A DNA stretch of 63,962 nt, counting the filler, from Phoronis australis (taxonomy: Eukaryota; Animalia; Phoronida), in NCBI GenBank assembly GCA_002633005.1. It is 11 parts of 11 records of this genome, joined end to end, with 100 filler letters (N's around TTAATTAATTAA, not from the genome) between each part and the next. Parts side by side here need not be neighbours in the genome. Positions count along the whole stretch, not along the records: positions 1 to 4,579 come from NMRA01002544.1; positions 4,680 to 7,338 come from NMRA01003516.1; positions 7,439 to 9,562 come from NMRA01003842.1; positions 9,663 to 27,643 come from NMRA01000794.1; 7 more parts are not named here. One strand, written 5' to 3'. Of this stretch, positions 1 to 10,623 are shown piece by piece (within the stretch, counting starts at the first letter, position 1; each line of letters opens with the position of its first letter). The translations under genes and the position numbers were made by a program. The notes below the pieces were generated by a model that saw nothing but the letters and a program-made list of their open reading frames with translations, was not told where the DNA came from and did not search any database.

Positions 1-8
1 CCACCTAC

Positions 9-149
9 CTTTTCAGAGAGGTACTGGTCGAATATGTTCATGGCAGCCGCACGCAGTGGTTCAAGATCAAGCTCATCTGCTGTCTGCTCTTCACCTAACT
101 TCTGCAGCTCTAAAGCTTGTAACTGCTGCTCAGCAGTCACTCTGTAGCC
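9..149 (-). CDS. SNX13: Sorting nexin-13 internal exon (RGS domain)
   Basis: 141-nt exon, phase 0->0, ttgtag|...|gtaggt. Translates GYRVTAEQQLQALELQKLGEEQTADELDLEPLRAAAMNIFDQYLSEK (cf. SNX13 GYRVTAQQQL...LRAAAVGIYEQYLSEK). Confidence 0.95.
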
Positions 150-164
150 CTACAAGGAACACAT

Positions 165-354
165 TCAAACAGTGAATGAAGGGAGACAACTCTCAGTTAA
201 ACAGTGGATGAAGGGAGACAATTCTGAGTAACACAGTGGGTGAAGAGAAACAACTCTTGGTCAAACAGTGGATGAACATAGACAACTCTTAGTTAAACAG
301 TGGATGAAGGGAGACAACTCTTAGTTAAACAGTGGATGAAGGGAGACAACTCTT
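165..354. repeat. Intronic minisatellite, 32-bp unit x ~6
   Basis: Unit TTAAACAGTGGATGAAGGGAGACAACTCTTAG repeated with substitutions. Confidence 0.95.
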
Positions 355-638
355 CACGGTAATAGCATCTGCAATGTCTTCTTGAAGACCTAGACCAACT
401 TATCGAGATTCAGTGGTCACAAAATTTATTCATTAATTTAAAAGTGCAACACTAACAAAATGACAGTTTGGGCACCAGATCACAACAACTCTTCTATTAC
501 ATTCCACTTGCATCCCACAAACCTACATACTGAGGTTGAACAATCATATGGTCATAGATTGGTAAAACTGTAACGATAGCATGACTTTAAAGATGACTAA
601 ACAGTGTATAATGTGTTCACCTGCCGCTAATCACTTAC

Positions 639-694
639 CTCACATGTGAGATAAAATGACAGGTATGCCACACCACCAGTACCAGATAGGAATT
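639..694 (-). CDS. SNX13: Sorting nexin-13 internal exon (RGS domain)
   Basis: 56-nt exon, phase 1->0, ttttag|...|gtaagt. Translates (E)FLSGTGGVAYLSFYLTCE (cf. DYMQQTGGQAHLFFWMTVE). It restores frame between the flanking exons. Confidence 0.88.
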
Positions 695-824
695 CTAAAA
701 TGAAACAGAAAGCTTATAAGTTATTAAAACATAAAGTTAACTGGATGTTAATCTCCAAAAGGAACAATGCAAACTGGGAGCATTTAATACTTGTTTACCA
801 GCTCTTAAGCTATACAAATTTCAA

Positions 825-1038
825 CAACTGGCAGCTAGTTATAATTCTACCCAAACCAGTCAAAGTAGGAGAGACAAGAACTGACAGTAGGTCATAATTC
901 TACCCAAACCAGTCAAAGCAGGTGAGTCAAGAACTGGCAGTAGGTCATAATTCTACCCAAACCAGTCAAAGCAGGTGAGACAGGAACTGACAGTAGGTCA
1001 TAATTCTACCCAAAGCAGTCAAAGCAGGTGAGACAGGA
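825..1038. repeat. Intronic minisatellite, 53-bp unit x ~4
   Basis: Unit ATAATTCTACCCAAACCAGTCAAAGCAGGTGAGACAGGAACTGACAGTAGGTC; starts at 841, 894, 947 and 1000. Confidence 0.95.
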
Positions 1039-1094
1039 TGTAATAATTAAGTAAACAAATGAATATGATAATGCCTTACAAATTATCAAAGTAA

Positions 1095-1370
1095 TCTAAA
1101 GCTATGTTGTTATTTATGACTGACTATGATTAAAGTAAAGCAAAGGTATGCTATTATTTATGACTGACCATGATAAAAGTGGTCCAAAGCTGTGTTGTTA
1201 TTCATGACTTACCAACGAAGTAGGCCAAAGCAATGTTGTTATTCATGACTTACCAATGAAGTAGGCCAAAGCAATGCTGCTATTCATGACTTACCAATGA
1301 AGTAGGCCAAAGCAATGTTGTTATTCACGACTTACCAATGAAGTAGGCCAAAGCAATGTTGTTGTTCATA
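1095..1370. repeat. 41-bp minisatellite overlapping the SNX13 exon end and splice donor
   Basis: Unit CAATGTTGTTATTCATGACTTACCAATGAAGTAGGCCAAAG, about 4 good copies (1190-1370) plus 2 decayed copies (1095-1190). Confidence 0.93.
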
Positions 1371-1423
1371 ATAACATCAAATGGTAGACTGTACAACTTC
1401 TGGCCGGGAGATATGAACTGTAA
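1336..1423 (-). CDS. SNX13: Sorting nexin-13 internal exon (start of RGS domain)
   Basis: 88-nt exon, phase 0->1, donor GTAAGT. Translates LQFISPGQKLYSLPFDVIMNNNIALAYFI (cf. SNX13 KLCTVPLDSILVDNVALQFFM). An alternative in-frame acceptor would start the exon at 1417. Confidence 0.88.
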
Positions 1424-1782
1424 CTATAGAACAAAAGATGGATTAATATCAAATGAGTGGTTACCGTCCACAGAGTGCAGTGAGGCAGGGCAGCAATGAA
1501 TGACAAGGAATCAAGTCACAACATGCATAGAAACACATTTCAAATTTCATAGCAGTCTTTGAGGGTTCGTTCCAATACAGACATGACCAAAAAACTCCAG
1601 GGCAGTCCCCTGTCAGGACATCCTAGATCCGTCAGTGAATTTCTACATTCACATTCAATACCAGAATTGTGGAGTGTAAGGTAAGTAACGTTGCAAACTT
1701 GTGGGATTCTCGATGGAAAATTGACATTAATTGACAGTTGCCTAATCTGCACATATGCTAAATGACAGGTAAGCAGACATAC

Positions 1783-1892
1783 CCCTAAACTATCCGACTC
1801 CTCGTCAAGTCCATGTTGTAGTCTCTGTATGCGGTCATCACACAGAGCTCGTACAAATAACAAACTACTCAGCTGCATTTTGATAACAGCGT
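1783..1892 (-). CDS. SNX13: Sorting nexin-13 internal exon
   Basis: 110-nt exon, phase 1->0, ttccag|...|gtatgt. Translates (D)AVIKMQLSSLLFVRALCDDRIQRLQHGLDEESDSLG, matching SNX13 ..SLLFVKKVCDSRIQRLQSG.. Confidence 0.92.
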
Positions 1893-1938
1893 CTGGAATA
1901 AAAATTGACTCAGTTCAGTGACTGTCACGAGCATTATG

Positions 1939-2058
1939 TGATCACAAACAGATTGATGGTAGTCTCCCTCGCTTAAGCAGTTGATCGTATACATGATCAC
2001 AAACAGAGTGATGGTAGTCTCCCTCGGTTAAGCAGTTGATCGTATACATGATCACAAA
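1939..2058. repeat. 55-bp tandem duplication x ~2.2
   Basis: ATCACAAA recurs at 1941, 1996 and 2051 with near-identical intervening sequence. Confidence 0.9.
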
Positions 2059-2339
2059 TCCCAAACCATGATTTCCCATCCAGGTTAACAAGAACAATGT
2101 GGAGCATTGACATGCATCCACCAAATGGTTAAAAAATAAGGGGAACTAAATTTTCCATTGTTTCCCTGGTAGTCGGATACATCTGAAAATCAACAATAGT
2201 TTAGCAGGCTCTTCTCATGATACAGATAGATCCACCTAAAGGAAATGGAAGGTAGCAAGGCAAACACAGTGACAATTTATGACTACGGCACACCACAATA
2301 GTCAACTCAGTTCAAAAATCATCACCAGCTGTGTTTTCC

Positions 2340-3175
2340 TCATCAGGAACAAATACGCCAAATTTCATGAATATCCACACAAAGAACTTCATAGACATTG
2401 AAGCAGATAAAAAAATGAAAATAGTCACTTGAGGGTGTTACAGTAGAACAGTCCAAAACTTAAAATGGCCACTAGAGGGGACACAAAGGTCGAATCCATC
2501 TGACATTGGGCAGGAGCTGACATTTCCTTCACTGTAATGTATGAGAAATTTTCATGATAATCTATTAAGGAACTTGGTAGAAACTGAGCACACGTAAAGA
2601 AAATCTAAACTGCCTCTAGGGGGCCTCATTGTAGTCGAACTCGTGAATTTATCATCAGCCATGCTCTCCCTAACAAGTACATAGAATGGTCCTATTTTGA
2701 CAGAGGCAGAGGAAACAAAATTGTGACAAGAGGACGTTACATTTATCGGACTATCCGAAAATCAGCATCACTTGTGTTCTCCACCATAGGAGCACGTGTG
2801 CCAAGTTCTATGAAGACACTTGGCAGATATTGAGGCAGAGACCAAAGAAAAATGCCACTAGGGGCACAATAGTCACTAGTTGAACTAATGAAGTCAGCTG
2901 TTCAAAAATCAACATACAGCCACGCTGTCCTAAAAAACACCTTTCCAATTTCCTGATTCTTCGAGCAGTTTGGCGGATAGAGAAGCAGATGCCAAAAACA
3001 GCAACTATGTTGCATATCCTATAGTTTACTGGGGGCTGTAGAATAAGTTGAATCCGTCCAACATTGACAAAGTGTTATTATTTTAATAGAAACCTACTTG
3101 CTAAATTTCATAAATTCTATCAAAGAGCTTTATAGATACGTGAAAAACTAAAATTGTCACTAGGCGACAACGCTA
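2340..3175 (+). repeat. Degenerate satellite-like repeat with recurring CCACTAGGGGGC-like motif
   Basis: Recurring AAATTTCATGA...CCACTAGRGGGC units (motifs at 2466, 2611, 2853, 3155). Appears to be the same family as 35240-36480 in opposite orientation. Confidence 0.65.
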
Positions 3176-3456
3176 TCATCCGCTGCTGGCTTGATAGGGT
3201 CACCAGCTTGATAGGGTCACATCTGCAAACTGTCATGGACATGTTGTAAAGAGTTAGGAGACAATGGAACCAGATGTTGGATAGATGCCAAACAAAACAT
3301 GCAAAATAATAATGAGAATCAACATCTTTTTTATAAACCAAAGTGGTACAGCATACAAAACTAAACTTTGAAATCACACTGCATCGACTATGACATACAA
3401 GTGAGTAGTAAGTAGGCGGCTACTTCACTGAAAGTAGTACAAAAATTGAGCTATAC

Positions 3457-3598
3457 CATCATGTCCGCCACTATCCTTCGCCCGCTGTCTCGTCACATCC
3501 TGATCAATCTTGTCCCGCACAGCCTGCAGTTCTTCAATACTATCTGATATTTTGACCGCCGTCATGAATGACTCATTGGTGAAGGACTCGTCCTTGCA
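3457..3598 (-). CDS. SNX13: Sorting nexin-13 internal exon (PXA-RGS linker region)
   Basis: AG...GT-flanked 142-nt exon, phase 0->1. Translates CKDESFTNESFMTAVKISDSIEELQAVRDKIDQDVTRQRAKDSGGHD, resembling vertebrate SNX13 (..EAFMNIIKLSDNIGELEAVRDK..). Confidence 0.9.
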
Positions 3599-4579
3599 CT
3601 AATCAAAGGAAAGAGGACAGTTAAGATGACCATACCAAGTTCACTGACCATTAGAAATACAGCATGTTTTACAGCACCTAGTACCTTAACGATACATAAT
3701 ATGTACAAAAACTGCCAGAGCCAAACGATGGCATTATCATGGACGCTGAATCTAACTGAAACAGAGCAGCTATCACATGAGCAATCAAGCGAGTCTGGCT
3801 TACTGGACAAGAGAACTAAGAATACTAACACTTAACAACAGACCAGATTGACATCAACATTCAAAAATTGGTTTCCGCATGCAGTGGAAAATAAAAAGAT
3901 TTTTATTCTTAGTGTGTGACCATAATGATAAAAGGTCCATGTTATACACGACTGCAGTCATGTTATCAGTGTTATACTGGACATCGCTGAAACCTGTTCC
4001 TCAGCACAGAGTGATTTTTAACTTTACATGTTATTGGTGTCTCTAGACAACCCGTTACCTAAACATTTGGGTTCAATAATTGTACGTGGAGTATATGAAA
4101 GCAGTTTACATAAGTGAAAATGCAGATTGCAATCTAGTTTACAATACTTGCTTCACACGGTGCATGCTTGTGAACGATAATAAGACATCAGATTTCCCTA
4201 GATTCAACCTAGTCCAGAGGTATAAGTTCCTAACCTGGAGAATGAGACTAGAGTCTAAACATGGATAGCCATGAATTGAATACTTGCATTTCACAATTTT
4301 TTCATGATAGGTCGTCCCCAGTAACCAGCTCTCAGATTGTTTGAAACAACCGCAAGTCTTTGTTCACGAGGCAACATGTGATTTTGTGTCCATACACATC
4401 CCATTGGTGATTTTAAGAAAAGAGTTGTTGATAATAAACGAATACAAGTACGGTATTTGTTTTCCATTTTTCAATTTTTTGATGAAAAAACAATAAATAT
4501 GAAAGGAGTTATTACGTTATTACAAACAACCTGAATGACTAACTGCACTCCGCATTACAAATTGCTAGATTAAACTGAA

Positions 4580-4679
4580 NNNNNNNNNNNNNNNNNNNNN
4601 NNNNNNNNNNNNNNNNNNNNNNNTTAATTAATTAANNNNNNNNNNNNNNNNNNNNNNNNNNNNNNNNNNNNNNNNNNNN
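4580..4679. other. Artificial contig linker N44-TTAATTAATTAA-N44 (first of ten)
   Basis: Identical 100-bp linkers also at 7339, 9563, 27644, 30966, 33764, 36548, 54831, 58399 and 61841. TTAATTAATTAA is palindromic and gives stop codons in all six frames. Confidence 0.97.
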
Positions 4680-4865
4680 TGCATGACACAACAAAGAGTC
4701 TGTGAGCCACGTTTACAGCTGCTGGAGCAAGTCTCCAAGTCATGTACATGAGCGTGGAGCAAGGTCCACTAGTGCGTGAGTTGTGTTGTTCGCGTAACCT
4801 GAAGAGCTTAAAACACCACCATTTGCTTACTGTCAAGTCAAAATAAGATTCACGGTCTCACTTAC

Positions 4866-4990
4866 TCTTCAAGATTTGTTGCCTCAGGTAACAACATGTG
4901 CAGGTACTCATCAGGTGAGGCTGTGAACAAGGTCTCCTCTGTGCACCTTGAACACAGCAGGTTGGCTCGTTCTCTCTCACACTCGCTGTC
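4866..4990 (-). CDS. POLR3E: RNA polymerase III subunit RPC5 internal exon
   Basis: 125-nt exon, phase 0->2, donor GTAAGT. Translates DSECERERANLLCSRCTEETLFTASPDEYLHMLLPEATNLE (cf. DSRSEHERQYLLC...SPSEYLMMLMP). Confidence 0.9.
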
Positions 4991-5805
4991 CTGTTCATCA
5001 GCAAAAACACCAAACCAAGTCATCAACCATTATTACTGTCACTGCTTTACAGTACACAAAAAGGGAGCTCACCAAAAACTAGGACCACATAACAGTAGTT
5101 CATATCTCACTCGAGTATAACAAAATGTTTTAAACAGAACATGCTCAGCTAAGATCACTGAAGTTCTCGTAAACTCGCAGGAGTTTTCAGGAAAGTGCAA
5201 ACTGAATATGTCTGCATTAAAATTACACCTAGTGTATGTAGGTCAGTTTTGCACATTAAAACTAAATTAAGTGGTTCAACTCTTGCAAACTGATCCATGA
5301 ATTTCTTTAGCACCAGTAAGCAGCCTTGAGCCTCAGAGACAAATGAGATACAAGGTTCATTGTAGGTGCATATGGTCCCGTCAAAACAAGACAAGATCAG
5401 CTACATTTGGATGCAATACTGATTACACTAAATTTGACAACAACGAAACATAAGCACAACTCAAGGACCCCTTTAGAAAGCAAAAAGTCCTCACTTTTAG
5501 CATTCAGGCTACTGAAAAGCATCACAAAACTATTGGCTCACTCATATTGGGTTGAAGTCACAATTAAACTTGAATCTGACTGACTAGTATTTCTCACAAA
5601 CTTGGTCGCAGAAAGTGTGTAACGTTATTTCATTTCATATTCTTTAGGTCTGAACAAGTCATAACTACTGTCAACTGTTTTCAAAAAGCAATCTTTGGAG
5701 ATAAAGACAAATGCCAACAGCTTCTTTTCAGGAAACAGCTTCAGCAGACGCAAGACGTTTTAACAGCCTTGAGTTCGGCTGCATTTTCAACTGGCTGATA
5801 CATAC

Positions 5806-5978
5806 CGCTGGATCACTATAGACGCGCACGTCTACCCATGGTTCATTCTGCCTCGTCTTCTGAAGGTGGTCAAAGGAAGCCAGACGACGTGCCTTCGCCT
5901 CAGCCGATTCGGCACGAGCAAACTTGACAAGCACTGGTTTGGCCTCCTCCACTTCAGCCTCATCTTGGGAGTTGTCAG
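5806..5978 (-). CDS. POLR3E: RNA polymerase III subunit RPC5 internal exon
   Basis: 173-nt exon, phase 1->0. Translates (A)DNSQDEAEVEEAKPVLVKFARAESAEAKARRLASFDHLQKTRQNEPWVDVRVYSDPA (cf. VRFSRPESEQARQRRVQSYEFLQKK..EEPW). Confidence 0.93.
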
Positions 5979-6713
5979 CTGAGGTTGAGACAGGTGAAAT
6001 AGTACCATGTATGTCACAAAAAGAAATGATATGAAGGCATTTTTTAAGTGGTTACAAACCTGCGAGCCATCCTAAAAAGCGAACTTTTGACTTAGGACCA
6101 CGTACTTCTACAAAAATTGGTCGAAACATGTTCATTACTCATATGAAAGGAGATTTCTGGGTTTGCAAAGAGATGACGGGATTCTTATTTTACTTGAAAC
6201 CCTGCCTGAATGATAATGTGACATGTCATGACAAGCCAACATGTAGAGCCTAGTCCTCAAACGATAACAAATCGAGTTCTTTCAAAGTCCTAAAATCACT
6301 CAGAGTTTGACTAAGGAACAACTTAAAGACAAATTTCAAAACAACAAGTGGTTTCAATCTAAAGTTGGTTATTTAATAGAAGGCGTTTTTAGCTATTTTT
6401 AAATTTTCAATTTTTTTTTCATCATCTTTATTTCCACAACAAAATGTAAATTGCTCAATAAAATTTCCAAGCATGCCAAAAAGTGATCAATTTGCATGCA
6501 AAACTAATGACAATTCACACGAACTACAACTGACTGCAGGTTGCTTTTCAACGTCAATTCCTATTCCGTTAAAAGAAATCGCTGAAGCTAGCACGTCATG
6601 CATCCATTTCATGCTTTTCACTTTCGTTACTCTCATCTATCATTCCCACATCGTCTTGAGCGCAAGAATACATTAGACGCACCTTAAATAAAACTACAGC
6701 AAATTGTTCCTAC

Positions 6714-6818
6714 CTGCATCCCCTGTTTGCTCCTTGGTCTTCTGATCCACTTTGTCCATATACCCAAAACTTGGCCGCAGCTGGATCATACCATGTACTG
6801 GTGTTAGGTGTAGTTCAC
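6714..6818 (-). CDS. POLR3E: RNA polymerase III subunit RPC5 internal exon
   Basis: 105-nt exon, phase 1->1. Translates (S)ELHLTPVHGMIQLRPSFGYMDKVDQKTKEQTGDA, containing the conserved Sin/RPC5 motif ELHLTP..G..QLRPSF.Y.DK. Confidence 0.95.
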
Positions 6819-7110
6819 CTATAAAGAAAAGGCCCACTCCCGTATAAATGAGGCTACACATATTGCGACTAACATCCTCTTACACCAACCTGACACAAAA
6901 TCTTATGAATTTGCCATACAACAATTCACAATAAATATTATTTCATGCTAGGTGAAAATAGAGTTTGTGTATAGATTGATACGCAAATTAACATAATAAA
7001 GTTCTCTGGTCCAAAACACATCGATAATTTGACACAATTAAAAAGTGAGTCCAAGGTTGCATAGACCACACATGGGAGATAACTTCATGCAAAAACTTGT
7101 TTCAGCTTAC

Positions 7111-7193
7111 TGTCTTTTAAAATGCCTACAGCATACTGTGCATGATCCATGGCAGAGGTGGTTGAGGTAAGTACTTGCTTGTCCATCTTATCA
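7111..7193 (-). CDS. POLR3E: RNA polymerase III subunit RPC5 internal exon
   Basis: 83-nt exon, phase 2->1, tttcag|...|gtaagc. Translates DKMDKQVLTSTTSAMDHAQYAVGILKD (cf. RPC5 MDKQTFCSS..RYAAA). Confidence 0.88.
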
Positions 7194-7541
7194 CTGAAAA
7201 ATAAATGCAATACAGTCATCAAAACTGACTAGAATTTTACATGAACAAATTAAAGATGCCAAACAAGTGCATCGTCTCCACTGCTTAACGTGCACTTCTA
7301 ACAGATCAATGTAGACTAACAAAATGTCCGATTGTAAANNNNNNNNNNNNNNNNNNNNNNNNNNNNNNNNNNNNNNNNNNNNTTAATTAATTAANNNNNN
7401 NNNNNNNNNNNNNNNNNNNNNNNNNNNNNNNNNNNNNNTGTCGGTACATTGACTGAACAAGCGACATTTTGATGCCAAAATGGAAGCCAGATGACTTCCG
7501 GTGTCCGGAAAATTAGTACTTTCGAACTTCTGTAGTAGAGA

Positions 7542-7643
7542 ATGGCGAGCATTTCAAGTAGTGTGCCATGGCTACGGCTTCGCTGTCGGTTGTTGCCTAC
7601 CAAAAGGCCAATTGCGCTGAAAGGACTGACGTCCAAGAGTCGC
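7542..7643 (+). CDS. Candidate first coding exon with mitochondrial-presequence-like peptide
   Basis: ATGGCG start; MASISSSVPWLRLRCRLLPTKRPIALKGLTSKSR is R/K/S/L-rich with no acidic residues. Ends at donor GTGAGG. An ETS-type ACTTCCGG motif lies about 45 nt upstream. Confidence 0.4.
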
Positions 7644-9662
7644 GTGAGGTGTTGACTTCAGCTCTTTCTCAGGGTGTGAATGAAAGCTATGACATAGCCT
7701 GGCTACAATTTTGGGCCTCAGTGCGGGAGGGCATGTGCAGGCAGGCCTGATGCTATAGCTCAGTGGCAGGCGTTTACTACTGACACAAAGCCGACAGAAA
7801 ATTCCAACTTGCCCAGTTTGATGCAGCATGGGAAATGGGAACGCATTTTTTGTTTTATAGAATCTCAACGCCGGCTGAACCCATAATTTGATTAGCGCCG
7901 GGGGAATTTTTAAAAAATTAATATTTCAAGTTTCCTTGAAAGGATACCTTTCTAACGCATTGCCCATCATTAAAGAATTGTGACATAAAAAGCACACAGC
8001 GCAGAGGATTTCATTTAAATCTTGGCCATTCACGGCACTTCAATTAGTTGCATGTTCGCCTAGGCCCTATTTTTTACCGCTCAACATTCATTCTCAATGA
8101 ATTGCGACAAATGCTGAAGCCAATGTTCAGCTCACCACAGAGAATGTCCGAAGTCATGAAACAATGTCAAAAGACCTTTAAAATAAAGGATAATATGTCT
8201 AACGTGGGTGCTGTGTCTTATGACCGGCTACAGTTTACATGGTAGGTGTCACAATGCACCAGGTAGCCTAGGGTTCCATAAAATTGCGTGAAGCTGAAAA
8301 AACGACAAAGTAGAAACAGGCTCTCTTTCGTTATAATAACTTGTCCAATCGAAACGAATAATTGCGTTTTGGAAACTCAGCGAGACATATTTAAAGAGAA
8401 AGCCAACATTTTTTATCAACAAAAAATAAATTTTAATTTCCACCATGTTTACTGAGTGAAGCCAAATCTCAAATCATTTACGAGACCTCATTGGCGTGTT
8501 TCTTGAAAAAGAAGTTTCAAGAGATATTTCAGTGAATTCGTGATTTATAATTTGTAATACACAATAGCATTATTTTTTTAAACCTTTGCTTTATCTGAAA
8601 TTGGCTGTGTGGCACTGCTTTTCAAGAAGCGCAGTGGAATTTTTTTGGAATCATTTACGAGACGTGCATAAATTCAACAATAGTGCGTTGATTAAAAGGA
8701 AGATGTGGAAACTAAAATAACTCTACAAAGCTATGGTGATGTGTGAAATCATTGCACAGTTTTGAAAGTTTTTGGCGAACATTTATGAAAAAATTGGCAT
8801 TTGAAATCGGTTGCTTATCATTTACGAGCCTTCATTTACGGGACGACAATTATATAATTAGGTCAAGTCCAATTAATTTCACCTACTATTGGCATGTGTG
8901 ACATGAATATAGGTCAATTTTTCAAGAACGAGCACGTGCGCTTCTGCTGACATCGATACTGTCTGAAAATATTCGCTAAAGAAGTCAACAGAACTTTTGG
9001 GTAAGTGTTTTAGTAATGTCACTTTTATAATTCACGTTTTAGGGTCGTTATTAACGTACTAAAAGAAGTGACGAAAGGCTTCCTGTGAAACATACTTTGA
9101 TTAGAATTTGCTTGACGTTGGTCTTGATAAGTTCTCGTAAAAAATTGTCTCGTAAATGATATCCAGTGTCCCGTAATTGATTTGTTCTATTTTCACTCAA
9201 ATTCATTTCATTTTAAGTAGTAATTAAATTATTATCTGTGACGATACATAACTTAATGCAGATGACCTTGCAAAAATAATAATGACATCTTTTATTTTAT
9301 TCAATACGTATTAATTAGAGTTTGTCACTTTAGTTTGCGTTGCGGAATGCCAAAATCCAAGTCTCAACGGATGAAGGAATAGTCTAGAGAGCCCGTTAAA
9401 AGGCACAACTCGGTGACGAATGGCTTAAAAGAGAAAGTGAACGAGTTACGGGTATTTCGTACCGGTGTCAGAACTGACAGAAGTATAAAAAGTCGGAAGA
9501 CAAGAAACCAACAGAGTGTTAGCTGAGACCAAAGAAGTCAATATATAAGTGAAGCAAGGCAANNNNNNNNNNNNNNNNNNNNNNNNNNNNNNNNNNNNNN
9601 NNNNNNTTAATTAATTAANNNNNNNNNNNNNNNNNNNNNNNNNNNNNNNNNNNNNNNNNNNN

Positions 9663-9996
9663 CAGGCGCTGTGGATGGCGGAGCTGGCGTGGTCTTCAGT
9701 AGTTCAAACATATCATCTCGTTGATTCTGGAGATCGCTGAACAGGCAGTATGTTTCCATGAGGAAGTCGTCGGTGTCCCCCAAGTAATTGAGTTATTCGG
9801 CGTCGTCTGGCATGAGTTCTAAAAGTTCTTTCTGGTAATCTTCATATAGCTTTCGTTGTTGTGCAATGACGCTAAGACGGTTGTCTAGCGTTTTGAGGTC
9901 CTTGGCTTGGAGCGATTGCATCATGTCGGTGACTTCATCAATGTAGCGTTCGATGTGCTTTCTGGCTTGTTGTTGGCGTTTCTGGGCGAGATCCAT
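9663..9996 (-). pseudogene. gag-like N-terminal ORF with in-frame stop, truncated by contig end
   Basis: MDLAQKRQQQARKHIERYIDEV...ELMPDDAE*LNYLGDTDDFLMETY... The frame continues past TAA at 9793-9795. It starts about 125 nt downstream of the PBS. Confidence 0.6.
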
Positions 9997-10623
9997 ACTT
10001 CGTTGTAGTTAATGGTCGTCGTGATCGTCGTGATCGTCTTTGAGACTGTAGTAGTTTGCAGTTGGCGTTGTGTCGTCGCTGGTTGAGTCAAGCCGGTTGG
10101 TTCTCGGTTCTTGTCCTCTGTTGGCCACGGCACCAGAAAATGTGGGGAAATTCTGGCTATGTAGTAGAATAGTGGAGAATAACTCGACTTAGTAGCAGCG
10201 TTGTGTTGTGTTGTGGACAGTCTCGGTCCGTCAGTGAGATGGTTGTATTCAGTAACTAAGTATGGAACACTCAATTACACTAGTAAAGCAACTGGCAGTA
10301 GCAAGATGAGGACTGTCTTTATTAGACAAGTGAACGGATTTATATACAAGTCACAAATAATATGTGGGTTTGCATGCACCAAACTTTATGATTCAATATT
10401 CTACAGGAAAATAACAGGAAGCAACTCTAAAAACTTTCACAACAATCATCTGAACTACTCTGTTGTGTTTGCCATATATGGTAATGGTCAGCTGTCTTGA
10501 GGCAATGTTTCTGTGAATGACCATTACGCAATCTTGTTTACTACAGAGATCATCAACATGCGTGGATGCACCGGATGGGTTGGTCCCTGACTCAGCTGAC
10601 AGCCAAAGAAGTTTCTATAAACA
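9663..10623 (-). mobile_element. 5' part of BEL/Pao-like LTR retrotransposon (LTR + PBS + disrupted gag start)
   Basis: On the minus strand the LTR ends ...CCCCACA at 10141, with TATATAAA at 10339-10346 and AATAAA at 10318-10323. PBS TGGTGCCGTGGCC (tRNA-His-like) at 10123-10135, followed by a coiled-coil-like ORF from 9996. The outer LTR boundary (~10623) is uncertain. Confidence 0.7.

Noticed and set aside
2120-2183. Extra minus-strand SNX13 exon after a good TTTTCAG acceptor
   Set aside because: The flanking exons already join in frame and match SNX13 without it. The donor is weak and the peptide shows no similarity.
4624-4635. TTAATTAATTAA as a biological motif or piggyBac-like target site
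   Set aside because: It always sits between two 44-N runs, so it is an assembly linker.
9-7193. A single POLR3E-SNX13 fusion gene
   Set aside because: The two exon sets are separated by an artificial linker at 4580-4679 and their phases do not join (2 versus 0).
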